DNA from: Pseudomonadota bacterium
GTDB lineage: Bacteria > Pseudomonadota > Gammaproteobacteria > Pseudomonadales > Oceanobacteraceae
Direction: 5' to 3'
Assembly (NCBI GenBank): GCA_036148335.1
Contig: JAYYHP010000001.1
Location: 1-32,186, forward strand
DNA length: 32,186 nt
Part shown: in pieces, positions 18,358-27,373 of the stretch
Position numbering within the stretch: position 1 is the first letter of the stretch
Layout of the letters: the number at the start of each line of letters is the position of its first letter
The notes under the pieces: generated by a model
Told to the model about the DNA's origin: nothing
What the model saw: the letters and a program-made list of their open reading frames with translations, nothing else
The model's database searches: none
Position numbers and translations under genes: made by a program

Positions 18358-20148
18358 TCAGACTGCTATCAGCACCTGACGCATGGCATTGCGCAGAAAT
18401 CCGGGCTTAACCGGTTTATGCAGTACCACAATGCCGCCCTCAGAAAATGCTTTAATCTGCTCAGGGGCAGTGTCGCCAGTAATCATTAGTACCGGTAGAT
18501 CGGCACTGACCTCCTCCCTTACCCGCACGCTCAATTCCTGCCCATCCATATCACCAGGCAAGCGATAGTCGGTAAGCAAAAGATCTGGCCATTCAGGCTC
18601 AGACACGACCGAGTCAAAGCCTGCGGCGGCCTCAGCAAACGCTCTGACGTCACACCCCCATCCTTCGAGCAACTGCACCGTACTCTCGCGGACCATAGCG
18701 TCGTCTTCAACCAACAAGACGTTAATGCCCGCAAATACTCCCGCAGCGGTAGACGCTTGCCCCTCAATGGCGGTAACGACTGGTTCCTGTAATTCTGCCC
18801 GCGCCAGAGACAAGGTAAATTCAGATCCTTGCCCAGTTGCAGACTCAACGCTCAGTTCATGCCCCAACAGCGTCGTCAGGCGTCGGCACACAGATAACCC
18901 CAGTCCTAGCCCTTTCTGGCGATCACGTTCCGGATTGTTCAGCTGTACAAATTCCTGAAAAACTTTCTCATGCTGATCTGCCGGTATTCCCATCCCGGTG
19001 TCTCGTATTCTTATATGAACCGTATCGTTACCAGTGCCGTCAGAGGTAATATCCGTATTAATTTCTACCCTACCGTTATCGGTATATTTGATCGCATTGC
19101 TGATCAGATTCCGCAGAATATTTCCCAATAAAACAGGATCACTACGCACAGCACAGTTGTGCGGCGATGTCTCCAGTGTCAGGCCTTTTTCTTCAGCCAC
19201 GGGGCGGGCCTCAATAACCAGACTGTTAATTAACGCGTCCAGTGGGAAGTCGCGGATATCGGCGTGAACGTCTCCCGCATCAAGACGAGAAATATCAAGT
19301 AGCTTTCCTAACAGATCATCTATTGAGGTCACTGCAGAACGAATATGACTGACTAACTGCTGACCACGTTCTGTCTCAGTTTCCTGGCGCATACTTTCAG
19401 ACAACAAAGAAAGTGAATGAACCGGCTGTCGCAGGTCATGACTGGCAGAAGCCAGAAACTGTGTTTTTGCGCGGCTGGCAGCGTCGGTAATTTCATACTG
19501 TTCCCGCAGGCTTTCCGCGAGGCGCATATTCTTCAGAGTCAGCGCCATCATATCCCGATAGGTAATACTCCCGGAGCGAGCAACTGAAAATGCAACGCCA
19601 ATATATGCAAGAAAGGCTAACCCGATACCGCGATACTGTGGGTCAGGCTGACTCAGGCACATGATGATAAGCGGTAAGGTGCTGACAACCAGATATACAG
19701 CATGGCTTAAAAGCCAGACAGAATTAGTACTGACCGACGATACGGTCACCCCAACGATCAGAACAAATAGCAGCATCTGCTCTGTCATAACGCCAACGTT
19801 AAAAAACAACACGCCAGCGCTCCCCCAGAGGGCTGCCAATACCGTCACCCCCGACATATACATACCGCGCCAGAATGTCAGCGAATGGCTTTCATAGCGG
19901 TTGCGATAAGCCCACAGCAAACCCAGCCCAAAGATCTCAAGGCCGACACAGAGGCTGTACCAGATATAACCATAAACCTCACCGGCAGGTGGGCTCTGAT
20001 TAAAAATCAGGACAGTGGTAAGAATCAGGGTGCCAAACGCGATGGTACTGATACGGTCATAGAGGTCATCCGTTGCCCGGCGGCGACGAAAGGCATCGAT
20101 GTCCTCATCGCTTAGCTCTATTTCAACGGCTTCCGTTGTCATTGCCAA
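18358..20148 (-). CDS. Hybrid sensor histidine kinase/receiver with ~6-TM intramembrane sensor
   Basis: About six closely spaced hydrophobic helices, H-box ASASHDLRQP, RNLISNAIKYT, DTGMGI, GLGLGLS, and a C-terminal receiver (LVEDD, LTDYRLP, ITGD, HKP). Start is TTG 20148 or ATG 20142, abutting the regulator stop. Confidence 0.93.
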   Translation of the reverse strand: MAMTTEAVEIELSDEDIDAFRRRRATDDLYDRISTIAFGTLILTTVLIFNQSPPAGEVYGYIWYSLCVGLEIFGLGLLWAYRNRYESHSLTFWRGMYMSGVTVLAALWGSAGVLFFNVGVMTEQMLLFVLIVGVTVSSVSTNSVWLLSHAVYLVVSTLPLIIMCLSQPDPQYRGIGLAFLAYIGVAFSVARSGSITYRDMMALTLKNMRLAESLREQYEITDAASRAKTQFLASASHDLRQPVHSLSLLSESMRQETETERGQQLVSHIRSAVTSIDDLLGKLLDISRLDAGDVHADIRDFPLDALINSLVIEARPVAEEKGLTLETSPHNCAVRSDPVLLGNILRNLISNAIKYTDNGRVEINTDITSDGTGNDTVHIRIRDTGMGIPADQHEKVFQEFVQLNNPERDRQKGLGLGLSVCRRLTTLLGHELSVESATGQGSEFTLSLARAELQEPVVTAIEGQASTAAGVFAGINVLLVEDDAMVRESTVQLLEGWGCDVRAFAEAAAGFDSVVSEPEWPDLLLTDYRLPGDMDGQELSVRVREEVSADLPVLMITGDTAPEQIKAFSEGGIVVLHKPVKPGFLRNAMRQVLIAV

Positions 20149-20775
20149 TTATTCAACCAACAGACCAAGACGTCTGACTTCATTCAGACAAGCAGTGCGG
20201 TTCGTCACCCGAAAGAGTCGGAAAACATCACGCAGATGACCTTTAATTGTGTTCTCCGATATATCGAGCTCACTGGCGATCACCTTGTTCGACATACCCT
20301 GAGCGAGCAGATGAAGAATTTCCTGCTGACGCGGTGTAAGGCGTATCTCAGGCATTTCCTGTTTCTGACTCTCGATCAGTTCCAGCCAGCCTTCAGGCAA
20401 ATACGTCCCGCCATCAAGCACTTCCTGAATTGCTTTAATTAACACTTCTGGTGGTGAGGACTTGGGCAGATAACCCACCGCTCCGTGTTCCAATGCTTTG
20501 CCAGCATCGGCTAATGAGTCAGAGGCAGAAATCATCATCACAGGTGACAAAATGCACATTTGCTGCAGGCGCCGGATCAATGTCAGACCACTGATACCCG
20601 GCAGATTGAGGTCCATTAAAATCAGATCGGGTTGCTCATCCATTGCTCTCAGCACTTTTTCCGCTTCTTCAGCGGTACGAACCTCCGTCGTCTCACAAGG
20701 CGCCAAAGACTGCTCCAGAAGCCGTGCCAAGCCTCCGGCAAAGAGTAAATGATCATCGATAATTAAGTAGTGCAT
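20149..20775 (-). CDS. NarL/FixJ (LuxR-HTH) response regulator
   Basis: IIDDH, ILMDLNLPG, GAVGYLPKS and HTH LTPRQQEILHLLAQGMSNKVIASELDISENTIKGHL. AGGAG RBS. Confidence 0.95.
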   Translation of the reverse strand: MHYLIIDDHLLFAGGLARLLEQSLAPCETTEVRTAEEAEKVLRAMDEQPDLILMDLNLPGISGLTLIRRLQQMCILSPVMMISASDSLADAGKALEHGAVGYLPKSSPPEVLIKAIQEVLDGGTYLPEGWLELIESQKQEMPEIRLTPRQQEILHLLAQGMSNKVIASELDISENTIKGHLRDVFRLFRVTNRTACLNEVRRLGLLVE

Positions 20776-20940
20776 CCTTTCTCCTGTGACATCCTACGGA
20801 GTGCTTTCCTGCATTGACAGGACTGTCAGCTAGCGACACCCCACACTAAAGTGTTGGCCCTAATGTACCCTATAAACTCTCCCAAATTCAGCGGAAAATT
20901 CAGCATTCTGGTTTTTACCAAAATTTCAGGGATGCAGCTG
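20776..20940. promoter_or_regulatory. Divergent promoter region with palindromes and direct repeats
   Basis: TGACAG-GA-CTGTCA (20815-20828), ACACT-AA-AGTGT (20843-20854), AAATTCAGC twice (20884, 20896) and a -10-like TATAAACT (20871-20878). Confidence 0.45.
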
Positions 20941-23900
20941 ATGGACAGGACACCCACCCATTTCTATCTCGCCATGCTTACCAGCGCCATGCTCTTGGCC
21001 GGTTGCGACTCAGGTGGCGGCAAAAACAATGACACGGACGTTCCCGTTTCACCGGACCCTGCTCCGGGCGCGACCATGGTCACGGTGTCCGGTGTGGTAG
21101 AAAAAGGTCCCTTCCAACAAATGCAGGTGAGCGCCTGGGGTATGGACGGCAGCGGCCAGCGCACCCCCTTACCCGCAGAGGTCAACGGCAATGGTTACAG
21201 CGTCTCTGCCCCTGAAGGCAATATCGTTTATCTCGAAGCCGCCGGTAGCTTTACCAACGAACTGAACGGCGAATCACAGCAACTCAACCAGCCATTACGG
21301 GCGATTACTCCCGCCGATGGCCAACCCCAGAATATCAACCTGTTTACCGATCTGGCAGCACAGTGGAGCCTCGGGCAATCGGAGAGCCCGGATGCCGGGA
21401 TGGTCAAACAAGGTGAGCAGGAAACCATGCGATTGCTTGGCCTTTCACCGGATACCGATCCGGGTCAGCTGGGTTTTGGCAATATCAAAGAAGGCGCTGG
21501 GTTGAATGACCCTTCCGTTCAACTGCTGCTGTTTTCCGCCTTTGTGCTGTCAAAACAGGGCGAGTTTCCCAACGGCGGTCTGGGTCAGGCTTTTGATAAT
21601 TTCAAAGAAACATTTGGCCCTGTTAAAAGCAATCCCGAAGGTACGCCGCCTGTCGATTTCTTCGGTGGTATGGACCCGCAGTGGCTACTCGATGCGATTA
21701 TCGCTGCCGGTGTACTGGGCGATCTGCCTCCGCTGGAACTAGGCGAAGTGCCGGTACTGGTGTGTAATCCGCTGTGTCACTGGTTTGACCCTGAAACGCC
21801 CAGCATCAGTCTGAGTGGCACCACAGTGTATGAATCAGATGGCTCGGCGACACTTGAACTGAGCCGCACCGGCACTGATCTGGGTGATATCGACGTCACT
21901 CTGGAAATTAGCTCCAGCGACGCCCTTCCGGGCGAGGATTACCTTACACCAACCACGACTCTGACGTTCGCCGGAGCCGATCGTACGCTTGAGATCCCAC
22001 TGGAGCTGATCATTGATACTCAGGCCGAAGGTGACGAAACCGTCTCGGTCAGTATTACAGAAGCGACCGATGCCAGTGGAAATGACGTCACGCTGGGCCA
22101 AAGCAGCGCCACGATCACCATTAAAGACGGCGCACCTGCTCTTACAGCCAGCGCAGTTGCGCCGACCTCATTATGTCTGCTGGGCAGCGGACAGGGTGAC
22201 GAGCTACCAGCGGACAGTGCCTTCGAAGCGCCTCTGGCGGATCACTGCCAGTCAACGGCAGACGTACAGATATTACTTGCTGAGGAATTACCCCTGCTGC
22301 GTTTGGGCGTCGGTTTGAAAGACGCCTGCAGCTCTGGCTGCAGCGACCAGTTGCTGAACCTGGCACTAACAGCAACGGCCGATGACGGCAGCGTTGAATC
22401 AGTCAGCCTTGGCCAGTTCCGATTCCCGGCCACCAGCATCACCTCATTCGGCGAAATAGCAGAACTGCCTGTCGTTGCCCTGAACGACAGCGATGCCATT
22501 GAATTACTCGTTAATGCCGCCGCCAATGACGAGGAGATTGAAATCAAGGTCACTTCGACCAGCGACTCTACGCTTGAAGTCAGCGCCGCGAGTCCAGTAA
22601 TTCTGCCTTTGCCTGCCGACGTTAATTTTGGCGATCGCACCTTGAGCTTTGATGCACCAGAAACCGATTCTGCACTGAGCTGTCCAGCGGGCAGCATCGC
22701 CATCCGCGACAGCTACGACTACGCCCTCAGCAGCGCGGCGCCGGATGCCACCCTTGATGTCATCGGCAGCGCCTGTATCGATATTGCGACGCTGTCGGGA
22801 AGCGCATCGGCCATCGTCACCGACGCGGATATTGATTTAGGCACCTGGGTCTCTGAACTCCCCGAGTGGCATTTTATGCAGCTGGATATTCTTAATGGAT
22901 CGCCCGCCGGAGACCAGCTCGCCAGTAGTGCTTCGCCACTCTTTATCTGGGACTTCAACGCACTCCAGCCCAGCATAACAGTCACTACTTATTTAGGTGC
23001 TGAGCATCTGCCTTTCCTATATGCGATCAGCGACGCCCGCCTGACCGAGCAAGGGCTTGAGCTGCTATACAGTGATACCCGATTGCGTTCACAGGCCGGT
23101 TTCGCCAGTAACGATCCACGAGCCAACGCCGGTTTCTCCAATCTCAGTCCCTATATCGACGGGCAGTCAGGCACATTACTGCTGACGGTCGATGGCATCA
23201 CCACCAGCACGACCTTCAATGCCCGCGGTGCTGTGTCTGCGTATCCGTTGGGCGTAATAGAATGGGGCGGTTTTACCGCCGATGTGACGAACGGCCAACT
23301 GGCACCCACAGATACCTACGTTGAGTACGCTCTGGCTGGTCAGACCAAAGGCTGCAAAGATCTGAGCTGTACGGCAAATGGCAGCAACAGCTACGCCATG
23401 AGTGCGGCCAGCGCGACGATTTCTGCTCAGGGCATCCTAGCGACCGGCGGCACACTGACTAATGATGCAACCTTGAGCTGGGGTGGCAACTCCGCAGGCA
23501 GCGCCTGGTCGTCTGCGGATGCGACACTTTCTGGCTACAACGTTACCCTCAACCTGCCGGGTAACGCGCCAGCGGGTATGGATATCGCCGCCGAAGCCTT
23601 ACAGGCACACCGCACCGAAACCACGATTGCCGCACCGGGCAGCGACGATTTTATCCGTGGTAACCACTATCCACCGGGCCTGACATTTGGCCCAGAAGAG
23701 TACGCCAACGCGGTGGATGGCCAGCCTGTCGCAGGCAGCGGTGCTCTACTCGCAGGGACCGACCTGACCCTGACCACCGCCTCTGGCACTGTCTCATTCG
23801 ACAGCAGCGTGGCGACCAAATGGGTGGTGCGCAATGATGGCGTTACCGGGGTCTATAACGCCGAACCGAGTACCTTACCGGTAGACGCAACACTACAAGG

Positions 23901-26900
23901 CTACGACTTTACCTTCGACCGCTTCGCTATCCGTACCCGTATGAACGAAGTGGATGAATACAACTGGGTCGACGGTGGTCTGGTACTTAGAGGGGATGCC
24001 GGCGGCGATGGACCAGATGAAGGTTGGGAGATCAATTTCACCAACCAGATCATTGCCTGTAATGGCGAGCTCGGCCGCTCAGTTCTGGCGCAGGAACAAT
24101 GTGGAGGCGATGTCTGCCGACTGGCCAGCTGGCGCGCCGACAGCACCTTAATCGACATGAGCTTCAGCTCACCGGCCAGTTGCGCCAGTGAAACTCAGCT
24201 TATTCAGCTAGGGTTGGAAAGCCAGTTCCTCGCCCTCGATAGCCCACTGATGCTGAGCACGGCATGGAATCCTGACGGCACTCTGGCCACCTCTGAAGCG
24301 CGCTCACAGGACCAATACCTGCTAGATAAGCGCGATGAAACTGAAGGTTTCCCGGTTCAGATCACCGAAGCCAACCTGATTGCTCCTATGGACCTGACCG
24401 AACCAGAGGCCATGCGTTACGGCACGGTAAGTATTAAAGGCCGGGTAGCACTGCCCTTCTGGAATGCACTGGAAGCAGAAGGGCGACTAGCGAATACGCT
24501 GAGCCTGGCCCAGCCGTCTGCGGAGCCTACGGTGTTGGTACCTGAAGGCATTATGAGCACCCTACCAGTAGCGAAAACCGAGGCGCTGAACATCAACCTG
24601 CTCAGCTACCTGAGCGAGACAGACAGCCATGACTTCACCGGCCGCTATGAATGGGGCAACACCGGCTTCGGTTTTGGACTGCCGGTGTATTACGCCGATA
24701 CCAACAACATAGAGCAGGCGACCTTTTTAGGCCGTACCTGGGAGAAAGACCTTTACGTCATGGACGTGAATGCGGGGATTAACTTTATTGAGCCCGTACG
24801 CACCAGTCTGAGCTTCGGTGCCAGTGCCGACTTTGAAAAACTGCGTGAAGTCCGCTTCCAGATCGAACTTGGCAAAGGTGAGGGACTCTCCAAAGTCGAT
24901 GACCTGCTGATCACTGCACGTATTATCGACGAGCCAATGATTGAGCCCACTTTCGGCATAGTGAACACCCAGGTCGAGCGGGTAAATCAGTTTGTCGGCC
25001 GCGGCGTCGATGAACTGCTCGAAAAAGCGCTGCTGGAAGCTCTCGAACAGACAGGCGCAGCAGTGGGTGCTGCCCTGCCAACTCAGGAAGACCCATTCGA
25101 TACCTTAGCCGGAGGGCTTGCCCGTCTGCGCAGCGTTCCCGGTGAAATTACCAACCTACTGGATGAACGTCTGTTTGACCCGGCCAAAGACGCCGTTGAA
25201 CAAGTTGAAACTCAGTTAAGAGCGCCACTGCGAAGTACGATTGAAGATATCTACGACCTCACGCCAACAGATCCGGTACCGCAAAGCGTCTATGACCAAC
25301 TGGATAACGCACAAGCGCAGCTGGGTACCGCGATCAGTAAAATCGAACAGCCCTTTACCCAGTTCGATCAACTGCGTTCCGAAGTCGACGGCAAGGTTAC
25401 CGAAGCACAGGACATCATTACCAAAGTTGAGAACGCGCGCAGTGAAATTGCTCTGATACTGACCGATGTCACCGACGTGGTGACTGCTCAGTGTGAAAAC
25501 ACCGGTACTCTTGGTGCCGAGGTGAACGGCTATCTTGAATCCAGCCTCTCCAGTGTCGGCGATCTGCGCACGCTGGCCGGCCTGCTGCAGGGCTCCGACC
25601 TTCTTATAGTGGTGGCGGACCTCGCCGCCGATGATCCACAGGTACGCGAAAACCTGCTCAGTGCTCAACAAAAAATTCAGAGCGCGGCGGAAGAAATCAC
25701 CTCCCGCCTAGACAGCGCCGAAGAAGCCCTGCGCAACAATCTGTGCAGCAGTGACATTAACCTGTTATTGGCCGAGGCGAATAACGTGCTAACTCAGATC
25801 GGCACGGCAACCGCCACGATAAACGCCAGCATTGCGCAGGTCTCAAACGCCCTGAACCGGGCTGAAGTTGCGGTCGATACTCTGGAAACCACTCTGCTGA
25901 AACCACTGAAAGAGTTTAAACAAACACTTGATGAAGCAGAGCAGCAACTGCGTATTGCCAGCTCCGGTTCCGATGGTGCTGCTCTGGTCGCGCTGATGGA
26001 CAGCATAATGAACAACGCCACCAACGGTGAGTTGACCTGTATCGTACAGCACGATGACAACCTCAGTTGTGACGATATATTCGTCAAAGTCACCGCACCA
26101 GTCACCGCCGAGATCGACACCTTCCGCGACGCAGCGATCAGCGAAATCGACACCGCCGCCGCGCAATACATGCCCGATGTCGCTTATCTCAACGCAGACC
26201 AACTGCGTGGCTTACTGGTCGCTCACATCATGAACAGCCAGCCTGTTCGCGATGTGCGTGAAGCGGTCAACACGCAACTGGTTGAAGTGATGCGCCAGTT
26301 ACAGAACGCACTGCTGACCCTGACAGACAAAGCCAACGAAGCAGTACAGATAGCTCTGCAAAAAGTCGAGAATGAAGCCAACGAAGCACTGGACACCGCT
26401 CTGGCGCCGGTGAAAAACATTCCACTGACCAGTGCCTCGCTCGATGGTTTCGCCACGGTGGCCGGCAATGATCTGGAACGCCTGCATATCGGTGCGGAGT
26501 GGACCATGCTGCCGTCCACCGAAGGCGATCCCGGTAACACGTTCGGGGCCGCACTGGATGTCGTTAGCTGGGCCGCAAACAACAAATCCGCCAGTTGTGG
26601 TGGCGGCGACAACGACAGCAATCTTGATGTGACGATTTCGGTTCTTAACGTTCCGGCAAACATTGGCGAATCAGAACTCAATCTCGCCAAAGTTTATCTC
26701 GGCTTCACGCTTGATGGACCATCTCCGATTGGGGTTGCCGGCGGCCTGCGAGCCGAAGGTGAAATCAAATTTACCGAGTTCCAGATCTATGATCCGGCCT
26801 TTGCAGCAGGGCTTGGGAAACACGAGATCTACCTGGGTGCTGCCGCAGGTGCAGTCTTCAGTGCCATTCAGGCGGAAGTCGCCTTCCTCGCGGGTAAAAC

Positions 26901-27372
26901 CTGTAGTCAGGAGATCCTGATGGATCTCGACCCTAAGGTCGCGCAGTTTATTCCGCTGCCAGACACCGGCTTTACCGGTGCCTATGTACGCGGTGCCGCA
27001 TCTATTCCGATTTATTCCAATGGCTGCCCGCTGACGATTGGTGCTGCGGCCGACATCGGAGCCTGGGTACTCGCTGGCCCGCCTGTCACCTTAGGCGGCC
27101 TCGTTGGCGGTGGTGCCTACGGTAAGGTCGGTTGTGTCGGGGCTCTGCGAGGCCAGATACGTGCCCTGGGCCAGGTAAACACCGACGGCGATATGGTCTT
27201 TGTGGGTGAAGGGTTCGGCGTCGCCGGGCTCGGGCTATGTGAGCCGGCGACCTGGACGTCCGTCGAGCGCTCGCGCAAAGACAAACTGTGTGGCACCGGG
27301 GACGCCATCCTGCGTGCGGGTTACATGAATGGCTGGTCAATTATGGAGATGAAGGTCAGTGCGATACATTAA
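20941..27372 (+). CDS. Giant (~2143 aa) lipoprotein with Calx-beta domain, function unknown
   Basis: Uninterrupted 6.4-kb ORF. ATG 20941 gives the signal MDRTPTHFYLAMLTSAMLLAG|C (lipobox). Calx-beta-like segment at ~21802-22128 (VYESDGSATLELSRTG...GEDY...LTFAG...DTQAEGDETVSVSI...ATITIKD). Confidence 0.9.
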   Translation: MDRTPTHFYLAMLTSAMLLAGCDSGGGKNNDTDVPVSPDPAPGATMVTVSGVVEKGPFQQMQVSAWGMDGSGQRTPLPAEVNGNGYSVSAPEGNIVYLEAAGSFTNELNGESQQLNQPLRAITPADGQPQNINLFTDLAAQWSLGQSESPDAGMVKQGEQETMRLLGLSPDTDPGQLGFGNIKEGAGLNDPSVQLLLFSAFVLSKQGEFPNGGLGQAFDNFKETFGPVKSNPEGTPPVDFFGGMDPQWLLDAIIAAGVLGDLPPLELGEVPVLVCNPLCHWFDPETPSISLSGTTVYESDGSATLELSRTGTDLGDIDVTLEISSSDALPGEDYLTPTTTLTFAGADRTLEIPLELIIDTQAEGDETVSVSITEATDASGNDVTLGQSSATITIKDGAPALTASAVAPTSLCLLGSGQGDELPADSAFEAPLADHCQSTADVQILLAEELPLLRLGVGLKDACSSGCSDQLLNLALTATADDGSVESVSLGQFRFPATSITSFGEIAELPVVALNDSDAIELLVNAAANDEEIEIKVTSTSDSTLEVSAASPVILPLPADVNFGDRTLSFDAPETDSALSCPAGSIAIRDSYDYALSSAAPDATLDVIGSACIDIATLSGSASAIVTDADIDLGTWVSELPEWHFMQLDILNGSPAGDQLASSASPLFIWDFNALQPSITVTTYLGAEHLPFLYAISDARLTEQGLELLYSDTRLRSQAGFASNDPRANAGFSNLSPYIDGQSGTLLLTVDGITTSTTFNARGAVSAYPLGVIEWGGFTADVTNGQLAPTDTYVEYALAGQTKGCKDLSCTANGSNSYAMSAASATISAQGILATGGTLTNDATLSWGGNSAGSAWSSADATLSGYNVTLNLPGNAPAGMDIAAEALQAHRTETTIAAPGSDDFIRGNHYPPGLTFGPEEYANAVDGQPVAGSGALLAGTDLTLTTASGTVSFDSSVATKWVVRNDGVTGVYNAEPSTLPVDATLQGYDFTFDRFAIRTRMNEVDEYNWVDGGLVLRGDAGGDGPDEGWEINFTNQIIACNGELGRSVLAQEQCGGDVCRLASWRADSTLIDMSFSSPASCASETQLIQLGLESQFLALDSPLMLSTAWNPDGTLATSEARSQDQYLLDKRDETEGFPVQITEANLIAPMDLTEPEAMRYGTVSIKGRVALPFWNALEAEGRLANTLSLAQPSAEPTVLVPEGIMSTLPVAKTEALNINLLSYLSETDSHDFTGRYEWGNTGFGFGLPVYYADTNNIEQATFLGRTWEKDLYVMDVNAGINFIEPVRTSLSFGASADFEKLREVRFQIELGKGEGLSKVDDLLITARIIDEPMIEPTFGIVNTQVERVNQFVGRGVDELLEKALLEALEQTGAAVGAALPTQEDPFDTLAGGLARLRSVPGEITNLLDERLFDPAKDAVEQVETQLRAPLRSTIEDIYDLTPTDPVPQSVYDQLDNAQAQLGTAISKIEQPFTQFDQLRSEVDGKVTEAQDIITKVENARSEIALILTDVTDVVTAQCENTGTLGAEVNGYLESSLSSVGDLRTLAGLLQGSDLLIVVADLAADDPQVRENLLSAQQKIQSAAEEITSRLDSAEEALRNNLCSSDINLLLAEANNVLTQIGTATATINASIAQVSNALNRAEVAVDTLETTLLKPLKEFKQTLDEAEQQLRIASSGSDGAALVALMDSIMNNATNGELTCIVQHDDNLSCDDIFVKVTAPVTAEIDTFRDAAISEIDTAAAQYMPDVAYLNADQLRGLLVAHIMNSQPVRDVREAVNTQLVEVMRQLQNALLTLTDKANEAVQIALQKVENEANEALDTALAPVKNIPLTSASLDGFATVAGNDLERLHIGAEWTMLPSTEGDPGNTFGAALDVVSWAANNKSASCGGGDNDSNLDVTISVLNVPANIGESELNLAKVYLGFTLDGPSPIGVAGGLRAEGEIKFTEFQIYDPAFAAGLGKHEIYLGAAAGAVFSAIQAEVAFLAGKTCSQEILMDLDPKVAQFIPLPDTGFTGAYVRGAASIPIYSNGCPLTIGAAADIGAWVLAGPPVTLGGLVGGGAYGKVGCVGALRGQIRALGQVNTDGDMVFVGEGFGVAGLGLCEPATWTSVERSRKDKLCGTGDAILRAGYMNGWSIMEMKVSAIH

Positions 27373-27373
27373 T

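Noticed and set aside
20814-20819. Perfect TTGACA as a -35 element for the giant operon
   Set aside because: No -10-like hexamer lies 16-18 bp downstream; it is better explained as part of the TGACAG/CTGTCA palindrome.
20851-20940. Longer N-termini given by the ORF track (also at 4824, 11648, 11683, 12298, 14322, 16346, 16412, 27359)
   Set aside because: Downstream starts give better RBS spacing, proper signal peptides or family-typical N-termini, and they avoid overlaps.
24955-26420. Phage tape-measure protein or prophage
   Set aside because: The helical block lies inside a lipoprotein, and no phage structural, integrase or lysis genes are present.
20941-27372. Giant protein as an autotransporter, RTX/T1SS adhesin or Rhs toxin
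   Set aside because: It has a lipoprotein signal, no C-terminal aromatic residue, no GGxGxD nonapeptide repeats, no YD/Rhs core and no tandem domain repeats.
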